DNA of 63,783 nucleotides, counting the filler, from Bipalium vagum (lineage: Eukaryota), in NCBI GenBank assembly GCA_037834085.1. It is 3 parts of 3 records of this genome, joined end to end, with 100 filler letters (N's around TTAATTAATTAA, not from the genome) between each part and the next. Parts side by side here need not be neighbours in the genome. Positions count along the whole stretch, not along the records: positions 1 to 19,738 come from JBBMKC010265974.1; 2 more parts are not named here. The stretch is one strand, 5' to 3'. The position numbers and the translations under genes are program-made. Numbering within the stretch: position 1 is the stretch's first letter; every line of letters starts with the position of its first letter. Below the pieces are notes generated by a model. The model did not search any database. It saw nothing but the letters and a program-made list of their open reading frames with translations, and was not told where the DNA came from. Below are positions 1-14,378 of the stretch, in pieces.

Positions 1-1051
1 TATATTTTGCAATTATATTATTATATTATAGGAAAGACAATTTTAGAATTGAATATATTTTGATAGCTCTATGGGGTATGTTTTAATAATACTTTCATAA
101 ATTCTGAATGATAAAATAATTTAGATTTTATGATTTATATATTAATTAATTTATATATTTGGTAGAAAAATTTTATTTATCAATTGCTCATTTTTAATTA
201 AAAAATTTAAAAATAAAATAATAATATTAATAGCAAAAAAATTTCTTCTACTTTCTTCTTTTTATTATATTATAATTGAAAATTTATTTTTTTTATTACT
301 CTTAAAAATAATAGTTTTGGGATATCTAAATTTCAGCTAATTCTTTTAATATTTAATTGACACTAGAAATTTAACATACATACACCGTGTATATGTATAT
401 TTATTGTAATTGAAAAAATATTTCAGTTTAAAATATGAAAATTATTTTTAGATAATAGTAAAAGCAGTTTTTGGAGAAATAGTGGCTAAACAAAATTTTC
501 AATAAATGCTGCTTTTTTCGTAAATTTTGCATACTAGATTGGATAATGATGAATATTTAAATAATTTGTCTTACACTTGAATTGATGGATAATTATTGTA
601 CCACCACAAATATTTAAATTGTGGTAGCTTTTATCGGTTTACGGAAATTAGTACCTAATATAAAGTAATGTAGACACAAATGCAACATGAGTCTACTATA
701 TTAATTATTTTCAAATATCTAAGATTTCAGAAGAAATTGTAAATTGGGGTCTGTCCTGAAAATACACAATTTGATCATTTCTGAACTTAAATATTTTAGT
801 TTAACTGTTATGACCGTATTACAAAGGCATTTTTCATTTAGTTTGAGATTTTTTATCTGAAAATCGATCCATAATTATCAGTGTTAAAATAATGTTTGGT
901 CAGTGACTGTCCTAATGTTTAGTCTGGCAGTGATCTTGTTTTCATTTCACTGAAGAAAAATAGAAAATTTATGAAGAAATCAAAGTCGATGGAACTTAGT
1001 TGGGTATTCGTGTTATTGTTTCTTAAGAACAAAAATATTGAAGTTATTCTA

Positions 1052-1972
1052 TTGAGTTGGCAATTATGTCCTTTCGGTTTTTTAAATGAAATGAAATAAT
1101 TGATTATTGTTGAAGAAAATTATTAATTTGAAGAAAAATTTTAATGCGTAAGCAATTTTGTATTTCATAAGATATATACTTTATATAATATATATATAAT
1201 ATCATTATTTAACCAACAATTCAAACTCTAATATGAAAGATAAAATGATGCATTTTATACACATTTCTTTATATTATTTTAAAAAAGGAAAACGAGCTAT
1301 GGATATTCATAAAAAAATTGCCGTTTATACGGGGCTGATGCCTTAACAGAACTGGTATCCCAGAAATGGTTTGCAAAATTCCGTTCTGGAAATTTTAGCG
1401 TGGATGATGCGTCCCTCTCCGGTCGCTCCACGGAGATTGAAGCAGATGATATCAAAGCTATTGATGATGATAGTCCAACCCAGACGGTAGTCACGATATC
1501 AAAAAATATCGTCAATCTGAGAAACATTTACATAAAATTGGTTATGTTTCTCGACTTATTGTATGGGTACCACATAAACCCACCGAGGCCAATTTGACAG
1601 CACCAATATCAATCTGCGATTTGCTCCTAAAACGGCAAGAAAGACACCAATTTTTACGCAAATTGGTTACTGGTAATGAAAAATGGATTTCTTACGACTA
1701 TGTAGTGCGTTCACAGTTCTGAGCTACCAAAAACAACATCAAAAGCAGGATTACATCCGAAAAAAGATAATGATCTCAGTTTAGTTGGATTATAAAGGTG
1801 TCATCTTAAATAAACCTCAGGAATTCTACGAATGGGAAATAATGAAATTGGTAGAAAGATGGAGGGAGGTTATTGATAAAGATGGACTACACATCATTGA
1901 TTAAGATTGTTTTATCAATAAAAATTTTTCTGTTTTTCTATCTTCCAAAAACGGACTTAATTGCCAACCCAT
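1052..1972 (+). mobile_element. Internally deleted mariner copy (same family as 15219-16467)
   Basis: Left TIR ttgagttggcaattatgtcctttcggtt and right TIR acggacttaattgccaaccca. Body aligns by eye to 15219-16467 but jumps from ggtgtcatctt to aaataaacctcagg, losing about 315 bp of the catalytic core. WVPHKP motif at about 1564. Confidence 0.9.
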
Positions 1973-2329
1973 TATTTTTTTCTGGATTCCAATCTTTATT
2001 TAGCCAAAATTCTTTAGAATAAAATTCCAAATCGTAATTATTATCTAATAATAATTATCTAATTATTAATATCGAGATAATAATGACAAGAAAAGAATCT
2101 CTCACAGTTATGTCGGTCATAACGCAACTTAATAGCATATCCTAGGAGTCCTTGTCTACCTTTAATTATTTTCAGCGGTACTTTCCTTTCATCACTTTTA
2201 ATTATTGGAACATTTTCTAAAATTAACAATGGCAGTCATTCAATAAATAACAAAGCACAAATTATTTTTTTCATAATTAAACTTTCATACATCATTAATC
2301 AAAACATTTGTTTATTTTTTCTTTAATTC

Positions 2330-3330
2330 TATTCTACGTCAGTAAATATTCGAGAATTAAAGGAAATATCTCGAGTTCTTAAATCATTATTTCTCGGAAA
2401 AATAAATAATACTTGTCAAAAGGATTTAAATCTCTTTCCTTTAAGTTCTTCAAGTCTTTTAAAAATAAGAGCTCGTCTATGAAAACAAGAACTTAAATCT
2501 TGAAAGATTATTATTATTATTTTATTATAATATTTCGCGAATAAATTTATACTGGCTGTTCATTATCATCTCTGACAAGAATCAGTAATAAATTATTTTC
2601 CAGATATTTTTAAAGATATCACCGGAATCTTGTTGCACCACTAAAATAATAAACCCAGGTGGCTTAAATAATAGGTAAAATAAATATTTACACAAAAATA
2701 ATTGAATATACAATCAAAATGTGTCCCATTTAATTAATCAAGATGGTTTGATATAACTCACTAAAAACCAAATTCTATATATACTTTGAATAATATTTTA
2801 ATTTTTTTCATCATTGTTTCCTTTATTATGAATTATCAGTTTCGTTCATCTAAATTTACTTGAATTAAGCCTAGGTATGTGCTGACCTTCTGGAGCTATT
2901 TCTTAAGACTTTATATAAATTCATAAATCGGTTCATATGATAAACTAAGAGGGTCTAACGAATATGATTACCTATTCTTCATAAAGCATTACCATTAAAC
3001 TGAGGTAGGCAAAAATTCCATTAATCATAAATATTTGTTTACATTTTCAATTTTATATCCAAATTGATCCAATTTGTTTGAAGAGGAAAGAAAAACACCC
3101 AGGGAAATATTCTAGACACATTTCCGATAAAATATTATATTATTGAATTATCATTCTCTTAAAACTTTGTCATTTGGCTACGAACTGTGAAATATCAGGT
3201 TGAAACTCATTTACTGCCCAAATATTTAAGTATCAATGATCGTCAAATCCCCAACGGAATCATGATCTTTTTGAGACAGCCAGGGACGAATGCATCGCCT
3301 GATAATTTGTCTCAACATTGATATTAAACC
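2330..3330 (-). mobile_element. Possible highly decayed MULE-type transposase remnant
   Basis: Minus-strand fragment LSSCFHRRALIFKRLEEL resembles the MULE CxFH region. Many stops and no termini found. Confidence 0.25.
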
Positions 3331-3719
3331 GTTTCATTTTTGTTGAAAAATAATTGTTTATAATTAAAGTTAATTTTGTTAATTGAAAACAGAAAATATT
3401 TGGCCTAATATTAAATTGTTTTAATCATCATGATCTAACAACATTGAGAACTAGAGAATAACAATGAAAAATTAGGGTTACAATATAATAATAATAAATA
3501 AATATTAAAAATCAAAACGTAACCTTTAATTAATTAATTCACTTTGATTAAGAAATAAAACGGATCATCGTTTTTCTTACCCTTTAGTAACAACATCTTT
3601 TTTACTCCTAAAAAAGCTGACGTCATAAATCATATCATAAAACAGTTAATCAATTAAAAGTAAAATAAAGAAATAAAGAAATCAATAAATACTTATTTAT
3701 ATTAAATCACCAAATCATA

Positions 3720-4175
3720 GATGGCAATCATATTTTGGCTTTGTATATTTTGATTCCAAGTCCACTCAAGCTGGTATGGATTTTAAAACGGATCTATAAA
3801 TGCCTTTCTTGGCTTCATCTTATTCTTCAAAGTCCCCAGAAACTTTCTATTCTTTGCGGATTTAAGTTATTTTCTGGATTTATAAAGTTCAATCTATGGT
3901 TACCCTTCTGGTGAATAAATTCTGACTTTGCCAAAATCCATTCATCGGCCGTGATAGTAGATTCATGTTTGATTCTTTCTTGAATAATACGCAGAAATAT
4001 GTTGCAGTAGACCGGTTTTCGACGAGAATTACGTACATCTGACTTGGATCTGAGGAATATAAAATACCAAAAACTCAGTTCGTGGTCAGGCCCATTTTTC
4101 ACATGATATCTAGGATTATTGTACATTTAATTAGTGATTCATCTATTTGAACCACTTTTCTTGGACCACAAACTA
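3720..4175 (-). mobile_element. Merlin (IS1595-like) transposase remnant
   Basis: Minus-strand GPRKVVQIDESL (about 4135-4170) and STITADEW...HQKGNHRLNFINPENNLNPQRIESFW, the D, D and E blocks of Merlin transposases; frameshifted. Confidence 0.85.
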
Positions 4176-6069
4176 CTACTTTAGGTTAAAAGTACTACTT
4201 ATGGGATAAAAAAGATGATCCAAAGATACTAGTGATGATTACAATCAACATATTCGTTGTTAGTTGGAAGTAATTTTAAAAAGTTAAATTAATTTTAATA
4301 AATATAATAAATATGTATATAAAAAATATATTTAATAGAAAAACGAAATTAAAAGAATCACATTTTAAAATATTTATTATTGATAATTTATCATAAGAAA
4401 AACTTGAGTTATCAATATAATTAAATCGTGATTATGTTAACTTTCATTAATAAATTAATAAAAGAAATTTAATTTAATTCAAATAAAAAATTTAATTAAT
4501 TAATTTCTAATTTAAACCACTTCATTATTTCTTTGATGGATATTGTTTTTTTTTATTCTGAAGGACTTAAAAATCTATTTAGGATACTGATATTTGTAAA
4601 GATAATACTTTTAATATATAAATTATTTTTAAAACTTTCAAAATCAGCTGCAAAATTACTGAGCTTATATCATTAGATGAAAAAAGATTTGTGAAATATA
4701 TTAAAAGACGATATCATAAACAATGAAATATTTTGGATATCTCAAGAGCCTTTTGCATTTTCAGACAGTTCTAATGAATTTTTCTTTTCAGATAATGAAA
4801 GCGTGGATAGTTAAGTTTGATTTGATTTTATAAATATAGTATATATAAAAAATGACTAAGTTTGGAATTTTAGAAAGGCAACGATTATTCAAAAAAGAAA
4901 TGAACCGTATTTTGGAGCTAAGTATCTGGTTCTCTCTGAAAGATTAAAGAGTGGTATAATGTTACCCTACATAACTGTTCACCTTAAATTCTAAAATAAA
5001 TTAAGGACAAATGTCTAAAGAAGTACATTTTACTTCGAATCAAAATAGTTAGACTCCAAGCATAAATGCCAATGGCCATACAATTCAGGCCATTACTTAA
5101 TTATTTCTCTGCCTTTATTTTTATAATTGTTGGATTTTAAGAAGGGCGAAATATTTTTGGTAATAAAAAAGTTATGGTCCAAGAAAATAATAACAAATAA
5201 TTAATAATTATAAGGTATTATAAGGTACACGATTTAATTAGTCTATTTTGAATAATATTTAATAAAAATTTTATAAATTAAAAAATTTTTACCCGATACC
5301 CTGAATATTGGACTTGATTTAATATTGGCAATTTTAGTATAATAATACCGACAAACTCGGTGAATTGCCCTGAATGAAAATTGATACTTATTAAGAGTAA
5401 CAATAAATTAATGTTGGTCGACAATTTAAGATGATCAATTTTTAAATATGATTATTGATTTCATTTATGATTTGATTGTTTTAATTTGTGAAACCTATTA
5501 ACAATATTTGAATAGTTTTATGAAATCATTCTAGTAGTAATTTTATACTTGTTGTTTGATGTTGAAAGGTTGATAGGATAATAAGTACAGCCGAATTAGA
5601 AAATTTCAGATAGATGGTTAAGGTAAAGATTAACATAAAGAATTAGCCATCGAGAGAAAAAATGCTAAATACATTTAAAAATGAAAATATTCATTATTAA
5701 TACTGATTATAAAACCATTACTACAGGCGCTTTAATTTCGGTTCAATTATTTCGAGTTATTTTCAACTTATACAATGCGAAACAAAATAATTGTTTCACT
5801 TAAAAAATGACATTATCTCATGTTTGTAAAAATGAACATAATGTAACTATTAGTGTCTTAATCCTACCGTTAAGAAATTCGAATCATCTTTTTTAGTTTC
5901 TCCCCAAGTTAATCATCTATTTTAATTTGTCCCCAATAAAAAATCAACAAATAACAAATAACAAACAAAAATATTAATTAAAAATTAACATTAATCACCA
6001 AAAAATATTAATAACTTAATATTATAACAAAAATATTAGTTATAGTTAAATTGCCTTTTCATTGTTTTT

Positions 6070-6800
6070 TTGAATTTTTTTACGCCACATCCATTCCAAC
6101 AAATAAGAAGCCAAAACCCTGCCATATATATCTTTCATGGCTAGAAATTTGTTTTTTAAACAACCTCATAGATTCAATTCATTCAGATTGACAAATAGGA
6201 TTAACAAAATTATATTTATAGTTCACAGGTAAGTGAATAAAATTATTTTGATTTAAATAGCCTTTCCATTCGACACTCATAATTATTGATCCATTTTTGA
6301 CTACCAATTGTATAACCGGTATTAAGGTTGACGCAGCTTGATTCTCCACTAATTGCAAATAAATTAATTTTGTTGAACAATCGATTATCCAAAATAATTG
6401 ATAATCGTATAATATTTAATCATCTATTTTTTTCCCCCATTAAATTATCATCTACTTTAATTTCACTCCAGGGAAATCTAAAAAAGATGATCCAAAAATT
6501 CAAAATGTATTACCAATTTTTTCAAGCAAGGAATGAAATTATCAAGAAAAAACAACACCAATAATAATAATTATTATTATTTGGCATAGAAAGCACCAAA
6601 TTTTTGAAGAAAGATTTATTCAAGACTTTTAATGACCGCCGATTGCAGCTCATCAAAAGAATTCGTTTTGACTACCATAAGCCTTACGTACCAACTAATT
6701 TCCATTCCTTTTCTATGGAATTTAGGTCCAGTAACAGTGGCCATAACTTGAATATTTTTATCCTTTAATCACTCTAAAGTTTAACTGGTAATATGGCACC
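6070..6800 (-). mobile_element. Merlin (IS1595-like) transposase remnant
   Basis: Minus-strand fragments VLNKSFFKN, FPGVK..VDDNLMG and GSIIMSVEWKGYLNQNNFIHLPVNYKYNFVNP..IES, with stops and frameshifts. Confidence 0.7.
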
Positions 6801-7085
6801 TGCAATTATCTTTCTGAAACACAGGATTGACTCCGTCTAATTAAGTGCTCAATGGAAGTAGTTTATCTGTCAGGTGTCTCTGATTTTGATTACAGGAAAC
6901 ATTCGCCAAACCTGACTTGCCACATAAAGTGAAACAGGCCTGAATCAGTAAAAAGTCTTTACCGATGTCTCTGAAAAAATAATGTTTAATAATAAGAAAT
7001 ATTAATTATGATATTTATATTTATCAAATAGTATCTTTTGTTTTAAGCTTTTATAAAATAGCCAAGTTTTTGCAATTAGAATTCA

Positions 7086-7247
7086 NNNNNNNNNNNNNNN
7101 NNNNNNNNNNNNNNNNNNNNNNNNNNNNNNNNNNNNNNNNNNNNNNNNNNNNNNNNNNNNNNNNNNNNNNNNNNNNNNNNNNNNNNNNNNNNNNNNNNNN
7201 NNNNNNNNNNNNNNNNNNNNNNNNNNNNNNNNNNNNNNNNNNNNNNN
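7086..7247. other. Assembly gap (N run)
   Basis: Run of n. Confidence 0.99.
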
Positions 7248-8289
7248 TCAGTAATACATAATTTGACCACTTTTAATATAATTTCTGTTTATTCAGAGAC
7301 ACAATTTAATTAAAGAAAATATTTTGGATAATTTTCTTAAAAAAAATCACAAATTGTGGACATAAATCAAAATTTAACCGAAAACTTTTACCTTTACGAT
7401 GGAAATATCGTCCTAGTTATTTAAGAATACGTGTTAAGTCAGATTTTGATTTACTTCGGAAAATTGGTCAGTAACTTTCAATCAATACATTGAAATTTTG
7501 TAATATATTCATGTCATTTTCAGTGAAAACGAAACAAATATTGATCTAATAAAGATTTGATGGAGATTAAGTATAATAATAAATAAAGAACAAGGGAAAT
7601 TATTGCTAAAAATAATTATGATCATTATTATAAATAAAGTATTTGCTATTTTTATTAAAAAATTTCTAAATGATTTAGTAAACTTATTGATTATAATAAA
7701 ATAAAATTATTCTTAAGAAAAAAAATACTTGTGGTCTCGTAATAAAAATAAAATATTTTAAAAAATCTTATTTACAATTTTTTTAAAATTCTAATTTATT
7801 GTTTTATTTAATATTGATAATAATAATAATAAAATTAAAAATAATAATCATCATCATCATAAATAGGATCACTTAGCTGCATTTTACATTTTGTTTTACT
7901 TAATCTTACTAGTAAGATATTATTTAATCTTCACAATATCTATTCTTTGGTCGTCTTTGTTGATCCAATATAACAGTTTCCCTCATCATTAAATACTTGT
8001 ATGAAAAATGTCAAATGTAAAATTTATTGATTGAAGATTTTAACATTAACAAAAAGTTAATTAGAAAGCTTTTCCTGTAATTTAGCGATCATAAAATAGG
8101 TTAATTAAAAATCAAGACATTTCTTATTGAAAATCACAACCCTAAAAATGTTAGTTAAAAATTAGATCAAATATTCTGAAGAAATATTTCTTTTTATAAC
8201 ACATATAATTCACATAAATATTAATTAAAACAAATTAATGAAAAATGAAAACATGATAATTTGTATTCTTTTTTTATCAGAGTAAATGT

Positions 8290-9062
8290 TTAATAATCTT
8301 TAAATCGGTAATGAAAGGAAGATCCCTTTTGAGAATATTAAACGTTAAAGTGAGTAAAGAAGAAAGATTAATATTCAAGGCTAGGAAAAAGAAATATTCT
8401 TGGTTGGTTTTCATAAGTCTATTGGTTTTCATTTAAAAATAAAGATCAATCAATAATTAATAATTTAATTTTACTTTGGGTATCCGATGCTTCTTAAATC
8501 AGCGATCATAAAGAATAAACCAAAAAGAAAAGTGTTATTTCATCAAGACAACACATAATCACAAACAGCCAGTATGATAATATGAAAGGGATTGAGATTG
8601 AATAACAAATAATGTATTGTCTTCTATTTTTGTTTTTCATTATCTCAATTCATTCATTTTTATTATATCTATTCTGCACAATTGAATAGACTTCACAAGA
8701 TCCTCACCAAAAAACATCCTGATTTAATCAAATGGAAAAGAGTTCTATTACAGGCATGCAGCGCAAAACCCCATATCTCAAACAAATCAATGGAAGCCAC
8801 AAAATATTTATGGAATTGAAGTATTAACAGATCATCCATACTCTCCCAATGTTGCAGCATCAAACTTCCACTTTCGCGCCATGAAAATTTTCTTGTGGAG
8901 CGCTTTGAGAACAAGGAAGACCTAGAAGAAATATCAAAACACTGGGCCCATGTACGTATGCGACATGCTGAATTATATTTTAGTTCTTAATTCTATGATG
9001 TAAAATAAAAATGCTGTATTGAATTTTTTGAATTAAAACGGTCACATTTTATGGGACACTAT
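8290..9062 (+). mobile_element. Mariner 3' fragments
   Basis: KKKSVLFHQDN-like block at about 8520-8555, then a second fragment KKHPDLIKWKRVLLQ..AKPH, ending in TIR-like cggtcacattttatgggacacta-ta. Confidence 0.6.
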
Positions 9063-9790
9063 ATAAATTTTATTATTAATACATTCATTATTTGTGTCTA
9101 AATTTTTCTATTTCAAAGGATGTTTGGTTACCAATTTATTCATTTCATTACCATTTATTCTGTTGTCTAATATTTAGAGGAAAATTGGTAAATATGGGAA
9201 GGGGATCACTGTGGTATTGGTGGGAAAGTTTTCATCACAGTAAAACAAATTCTGAGAAACTTAGCTGGAAATTCCATCAGCTAATATAGAAACTTCTTTT
9301 TTTAATTTTTTTTAAAAATATGATCTACTTTCGAAAACACTTATCTAAACAAATATCGAAAGCACTCCTCTAAATATATTTTAAAAAATCAAAAAATAAA
9401 AATAACTATAACTGAAATTTATTCGAAATTTTAAAAAATTTATTCGAGAAATTTTACATTTATTCCAATATGATTCGATGCCACTAAGGCATTCATGACC
9501 GGGTGTCAGAAATAATACTTGTGAAATACAGTTTATGTTCATATCCCATTTGCTGAATTCTGTTATATTCCTTCTTTTCATCACTGCAAATCGTGGTACC
9601 TGAATTCTCACAGAATTTATTACGATATTCCCATTCAAAGCATCATTAGGCATAAAATTTATGAAATGTAAATGATTAAAAAATATCGAAATACATCTTT
9701 AAATTAAAATATATCGAAAACACTCCTACATTTTGGTTGATCAAGAACATAATTATTGAAAAATGACATTCAATGAAATATATAATAATA

Positions 9791-10210
9791 TTAGGTTGAT
9801 GCTAAAATAGTGTCGTTTTACATCTATAAAAGTAAAAACATCATAACTCAATGGAGAATAAACTTTATTAATCAAAATAATTTCCATGCGAGTCAATATA
9901 TTTCTGCCAACGAGTGATGAATTTATTTATGCCTGTGGAATAAAGGTCTTTGTTCCTGGAGGCAACAAACTCATCAAAGGCCATTTCAGCATCGGCTCAG
10001 GTTTCGAAGCACTCATTGACCAAGAAATTATCTAGATCCTTAAAGAAATGGAAATCAGTTGGCGAGAGGTCTGGCAAATATGGGGGTGAGTCAAAATCTC
10101 GTAGCCCAAATTGTTTATTTTCTGGAATGCTGTTTGTGTGACTTGTGGGCGTGCGTTGTCGTGCAACAGAATTGAACCTTTTCTATTGACCAGTCCTGGA
10201 CAGATGACTC
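9791..10210 (-). mobile_element. Mariner 3' fragment
   Basis: PGLVNRKGSILLHDNARPQV...LGYEILTHP; TA followed by terminal ttaggttgatg at 9791. Confidence 0.85.
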
Positions 10211-11354
10211 GGATATGATAATAAATATTCAACGATCTATTTTTTCTCTTTAATTTATTAATAAATATTATATTATAACCATTCGTGTTTTAATCAGAAA
10301 ATAATTTATTTTTTCATTTTTTTATTTATATAATATTTTCTTCCAGAAATTATTTTTCTTATTAAAGTTAATTAATATTTTTTTTTAATTTATTAATTAT
10401 TTTTCCTTATTGATTATATTTCTTATTAAAGTGATATGTTAGACATTTTAATTAAATTTTGTGATCTCTGGAAATAAGAAAATAATACATTAAATATTTA
10501 ATAAAATAATAAATAATATAACCTATTATTTTTGAATAATCATCAAATTTCAGTGAAAACACGAAAACAGCTCAATTTGTTTTGGATATTTCTTTCAGGT
10601 TTTCAAGGACTTTTTCTGCTAGATTTTATTTTATTCATCTGGATTAAATTATTGATAAATCTTTAATGTTCAGATGAATTAATTAAAGAAATTTGTCAAA
10701 ATCATTAAAAATACAATAATTTTTTAGTTCATCAGAATATTCAAATTTCAAAATTGAATTTATTATTAATTGATTGTAATAAAAATGTGTTTATTTGTGT
10801 ATTTATTGATATTTTTCGGGTATTTTTTGAAGCCACCCACTCAAGTATAATAATAGGTGCGGAAAAGATTTTTCATGCTTTATAAAAAAATTAAGTGGAA
10901 AAAGAAAGTGGTGTTCCCAATAATTAGTGAGCCTAATGTAGTGTAGGTTAATGTAAATTTTAAAATGTTATATATGTAGTGCAATATATTATTATAGTGC
11001 AATATATTATAGGTAAATGTAAAATACTTGTTTTAATATATTATTTTATGTTTATCAGAGTTATATTCTTCTGTACTCATTTTTAAATAATAATTCAAAA
11101 TCAAAGCAATAATAATATATTTCATTAAATCCAATTACCCAAACAAACTTTTCAAACTTGGACCTCACCTTTTTTAAAAATTAAATTATTTACTTTTTTA
11201 AAATTTACTAACATTTATTTTAAATATTTATTTAAACATTAAAAAATCCCGTAACACTATTATTTTAAAACTTTAAATTAAAAACATTTAAGCATTGTTA
11301 ATTTAGGTGTGAGATCCTTATTTTAAAAAAATTCAAGCAAATTGATTGTTCGAA

Positions 11355-11960
11355 TCACTCCTTATATCCCCCTTTCAAGAATTTTTAAACTTATAAACGT
11401 TCATCTCCATAATTCTTCCATCTGCATGTTCTATCAAATACCGTCTTCCATGTATCTTTCTTTGGATTCGATATTTACCTTCATATCTTTGCTGGTCCTT
11501 GTTCATCGTTTCCACTTTGACCAGGACTTCGCTACCAACCTTAAAATTCCTTTTCATCTATGCTCCTTTCTGTCATCTTCTGCGTTGTTGCATTTAATGA
11601 AAACCCGACCTCTGGCATTAGTCCCTGGCAATCCTTCATTCCTTGCTCTGCTCTAGCTGCATTCAGTTTCTCCCTAATAGTTCTAAATTGCTGTTTGATC
11701 TGGCCATTAGTGTTGTGGTGGTATGGGCTTGAGAACCGTAGTTCTGAATTTATACTTTTCGCGAACTCTGCCATCTTCTTCGACTCAAATGTTTTTGCGC
11801 AATCCACATTGATAGTCTTGGGACTACCAAACTTGAAAACCCAACCTTTTTTTTCATCCCTATAATTGTCTCTTCATCCTGCATTGCTACCATAGTTAAA
11901 CAGATATATTTACTGTACTGATCTATTATGCCTAGAATTTACTTTTTCTTCCTTCCTTAA
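11355..11960 (-). mobile_element. Gypsy/Ty3 LTR retrotransposon integrase fragment with polypurine tract
   Basis: FSSPYHHNTNGQIKQQFRTI (integrase core), FKVGSEVLVK...YEGKYRI (GPY/F-like), followed by PPT aaagggggata at about 11365-11375. Confidence 0.85.
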
Positions 11961-12565
11961 CTTTACTCCATTGAAATAGTTTTGTAGTGATCTAAGTGGA
12001 TATCTTCCTAGATAAACTCATTCAATTTTTGTAGGGACTTCATAAACATTTGTGATTTAAGCATTGTAGTGGAACACAATGGTTTTTCCACATATCAAAT
12101 CTGGTCTGGTTTTATCAATCACTTGATTTAATATTATTAATTGATCACAATACTGATCAGAATGAAAAATATTTAACTTCTAATTTATAAACATTGGCTT
12201 ACAATTTGAAAGAAGCAGGCACTGAAATTCCTAGGCATGTAAACTGCTTTTGGTCAAAATATGTTTGACATCATAAATTTAGTTAAGCTTTATTCCTTAA
12301 TTTTTGACAAATAATAAAGGGTTTCATGTAAAATGAATAAATGATTTGTATCAAAACTTCAACAGAATCATTGCAATCATTTAGGAAACTAAGTATTTTC
12401 AATATTAGCTTAGGAGAATAAATTTTCTGGTCCTTCCAAACATTATTGTGTTTGACAATTCCTTGATTTTATTGAATTATGCACATATGATTTTTGGCTT
12501 TTCTTACAGACAAATTGAACAGTATCAGTTGGAAATATCAAAGCTGCATAAAATCCCAATTAATA

Positions 12566-12835
12566 TTCGAAGGGTAGGCCGAAAAGTTCGGTAAATAATA
12601 AATATTGCGGTGCCAAATTTATACCTTTGAATATAAATTTTATAAGACTAATATTCAGTAATCAAAATCCAAAATTACAAAATTAAGTAATATATGAATT
12701 TTAAGTGACATATTTAAACATTTTTAGAAAAATGCAGAAAAAAATATGAGCCGTAATGAAATATTTGAATATTAAAGTGATTTTGATTTTATTGTTTTCA
12801 TATTTATTCACCGAACTTATTAACCAACCCTAGTA
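12566..12835. mobile_element. Mariner-type MITE
   Basis: Imperfect inverted ends agggtaggccgaaaagttcggtaaata / tattcaccgaacttattaaccaaccct around about 215 bp of non-coding AT-rich DNA. Confidence 0.55.
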
Positions 12836-12984
12836 TTTTGAATAAATTTATATTTTCTTGAAGTTATCTTGCATTTATCACTAGTCAACTTTCGCACGAG
12901 ATAAACTTTAATCAGTAATACTTCATTATTTTTTATAATTTTTATAAGATTCTAATGCTATCTTTCTTCATTAAAAATTATTGG

Positions 12985-13027
12985 AATGTTATTATTATTT
13001 ATTATTATTAATTTCTATTATTATTTA

Positions 13028-13074
<47 letters not shown>

Positions 13075-13075
13075 C
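12985..13075. repeat. (TAT)n microsatellite, imperfect
   Basis: Tandem tta/tat repeats. Confidence 0.9.
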
Positions 13076-14378
13076 ATAATCTCATAAAACTTGAAATTAA
13101 ACACACCAAGAAAAATTATTGAAAAACATCATAAATCAACAATATCAATTTAGATTTCCTGTTGATTATTACCATAATGAAATTATTCAATACAGAATCA
13201 ATACAACTATTTACTTTCGTCAAGGAATTTCTCTTTAAGTAACCGACGAGTCGGATCTATCATGGTAAAAAGTAAAAAAAATTTGTAAACATTTAGATTT
13301 CCAAAAATGTCAAATAGCTAAATAAAATTTCAAGGTTATTCCCATAATGATTCGTACTAAATTTTTAATAAAATATCCCATGGTGCAAGCTGCACTGCGT
13401 TTATTTTTGGGCACATTCCCAGATCGAAAAAGAATTCAATGAAATATGGCAGAAGTCTACTGAAAGGCTGGTGCCAGAAGTTAAAACAACTATATGCTGG
13501 CAACTAGTTCGATATATCGAGATGGATATCATTTATTAATGAGAAAAGATTCATTTGTAACTTTTTACGATTCTAATCTGATAAATACATCTAATTATAC
13601 TTACAAAATAAATAGAGCCATTTTAAGGACGCTGCATTGATAGGGAAAACGTGATATAAAGGTGGATTTCAAAGTGAAAATGGCGACTTTTCATTGAAGC
13701 CATGATTATTAAAGCAATATTTGTTGAAGATTATTTTTGTTTATTATATTTTTAAAACGAGATTTTATACTTTTTGAAAGTTTCCATTTTCATTTATAAT
13801 ATAAATTATATATAATACTATTCACACTTAAAATAAATAGTAAACCATTGAATTTCACCGATTAGTTTAATTAAATTTTTTATTTTCTCTTGTCTCTTGA
13901 ATATATTGATTTATTTTTTTACTCTAGACATTGAAGATCTTTTACATTTTTCATTTACAATTGACAGTCATTATAATATCCTCACTTATAACAAGGTATT
14001 CTCAGTAAATTATTTTGATGAAAGTTAAAACTTTTCCAAATTCGACTCCTGATTTTTCTGATATTAAAACAAGCTTAATTTCTTTCTGAAAATATTAATT
14101 ACTGATGTTTTTTTTAATTATTTTAATTAATCATTGTACACTAATATTACTTTTTAAAAATTTTAAACATACTTTTATATTTTTAAATAAAGCATTAACT
14201 TTAAATTCATTTAAACTTTAAAATTTATTTTTAAAAAATATTCTTATGTGAATAATTAATAAATATCGAAAAAATTATTGTTGGGACCATAATATTATTA
14301 TCAATTTTAGAAATAATAATTAATTATTATACTAATATAAAAAATGTCTTTAAAACATTTGATAATTGAGCATTTTAG

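Noticed and set aside
801-2125. Short inverted match gttatgaccg / cggtcataac
   Set aside because: Only about 10 bp with no TSD; may be chance.
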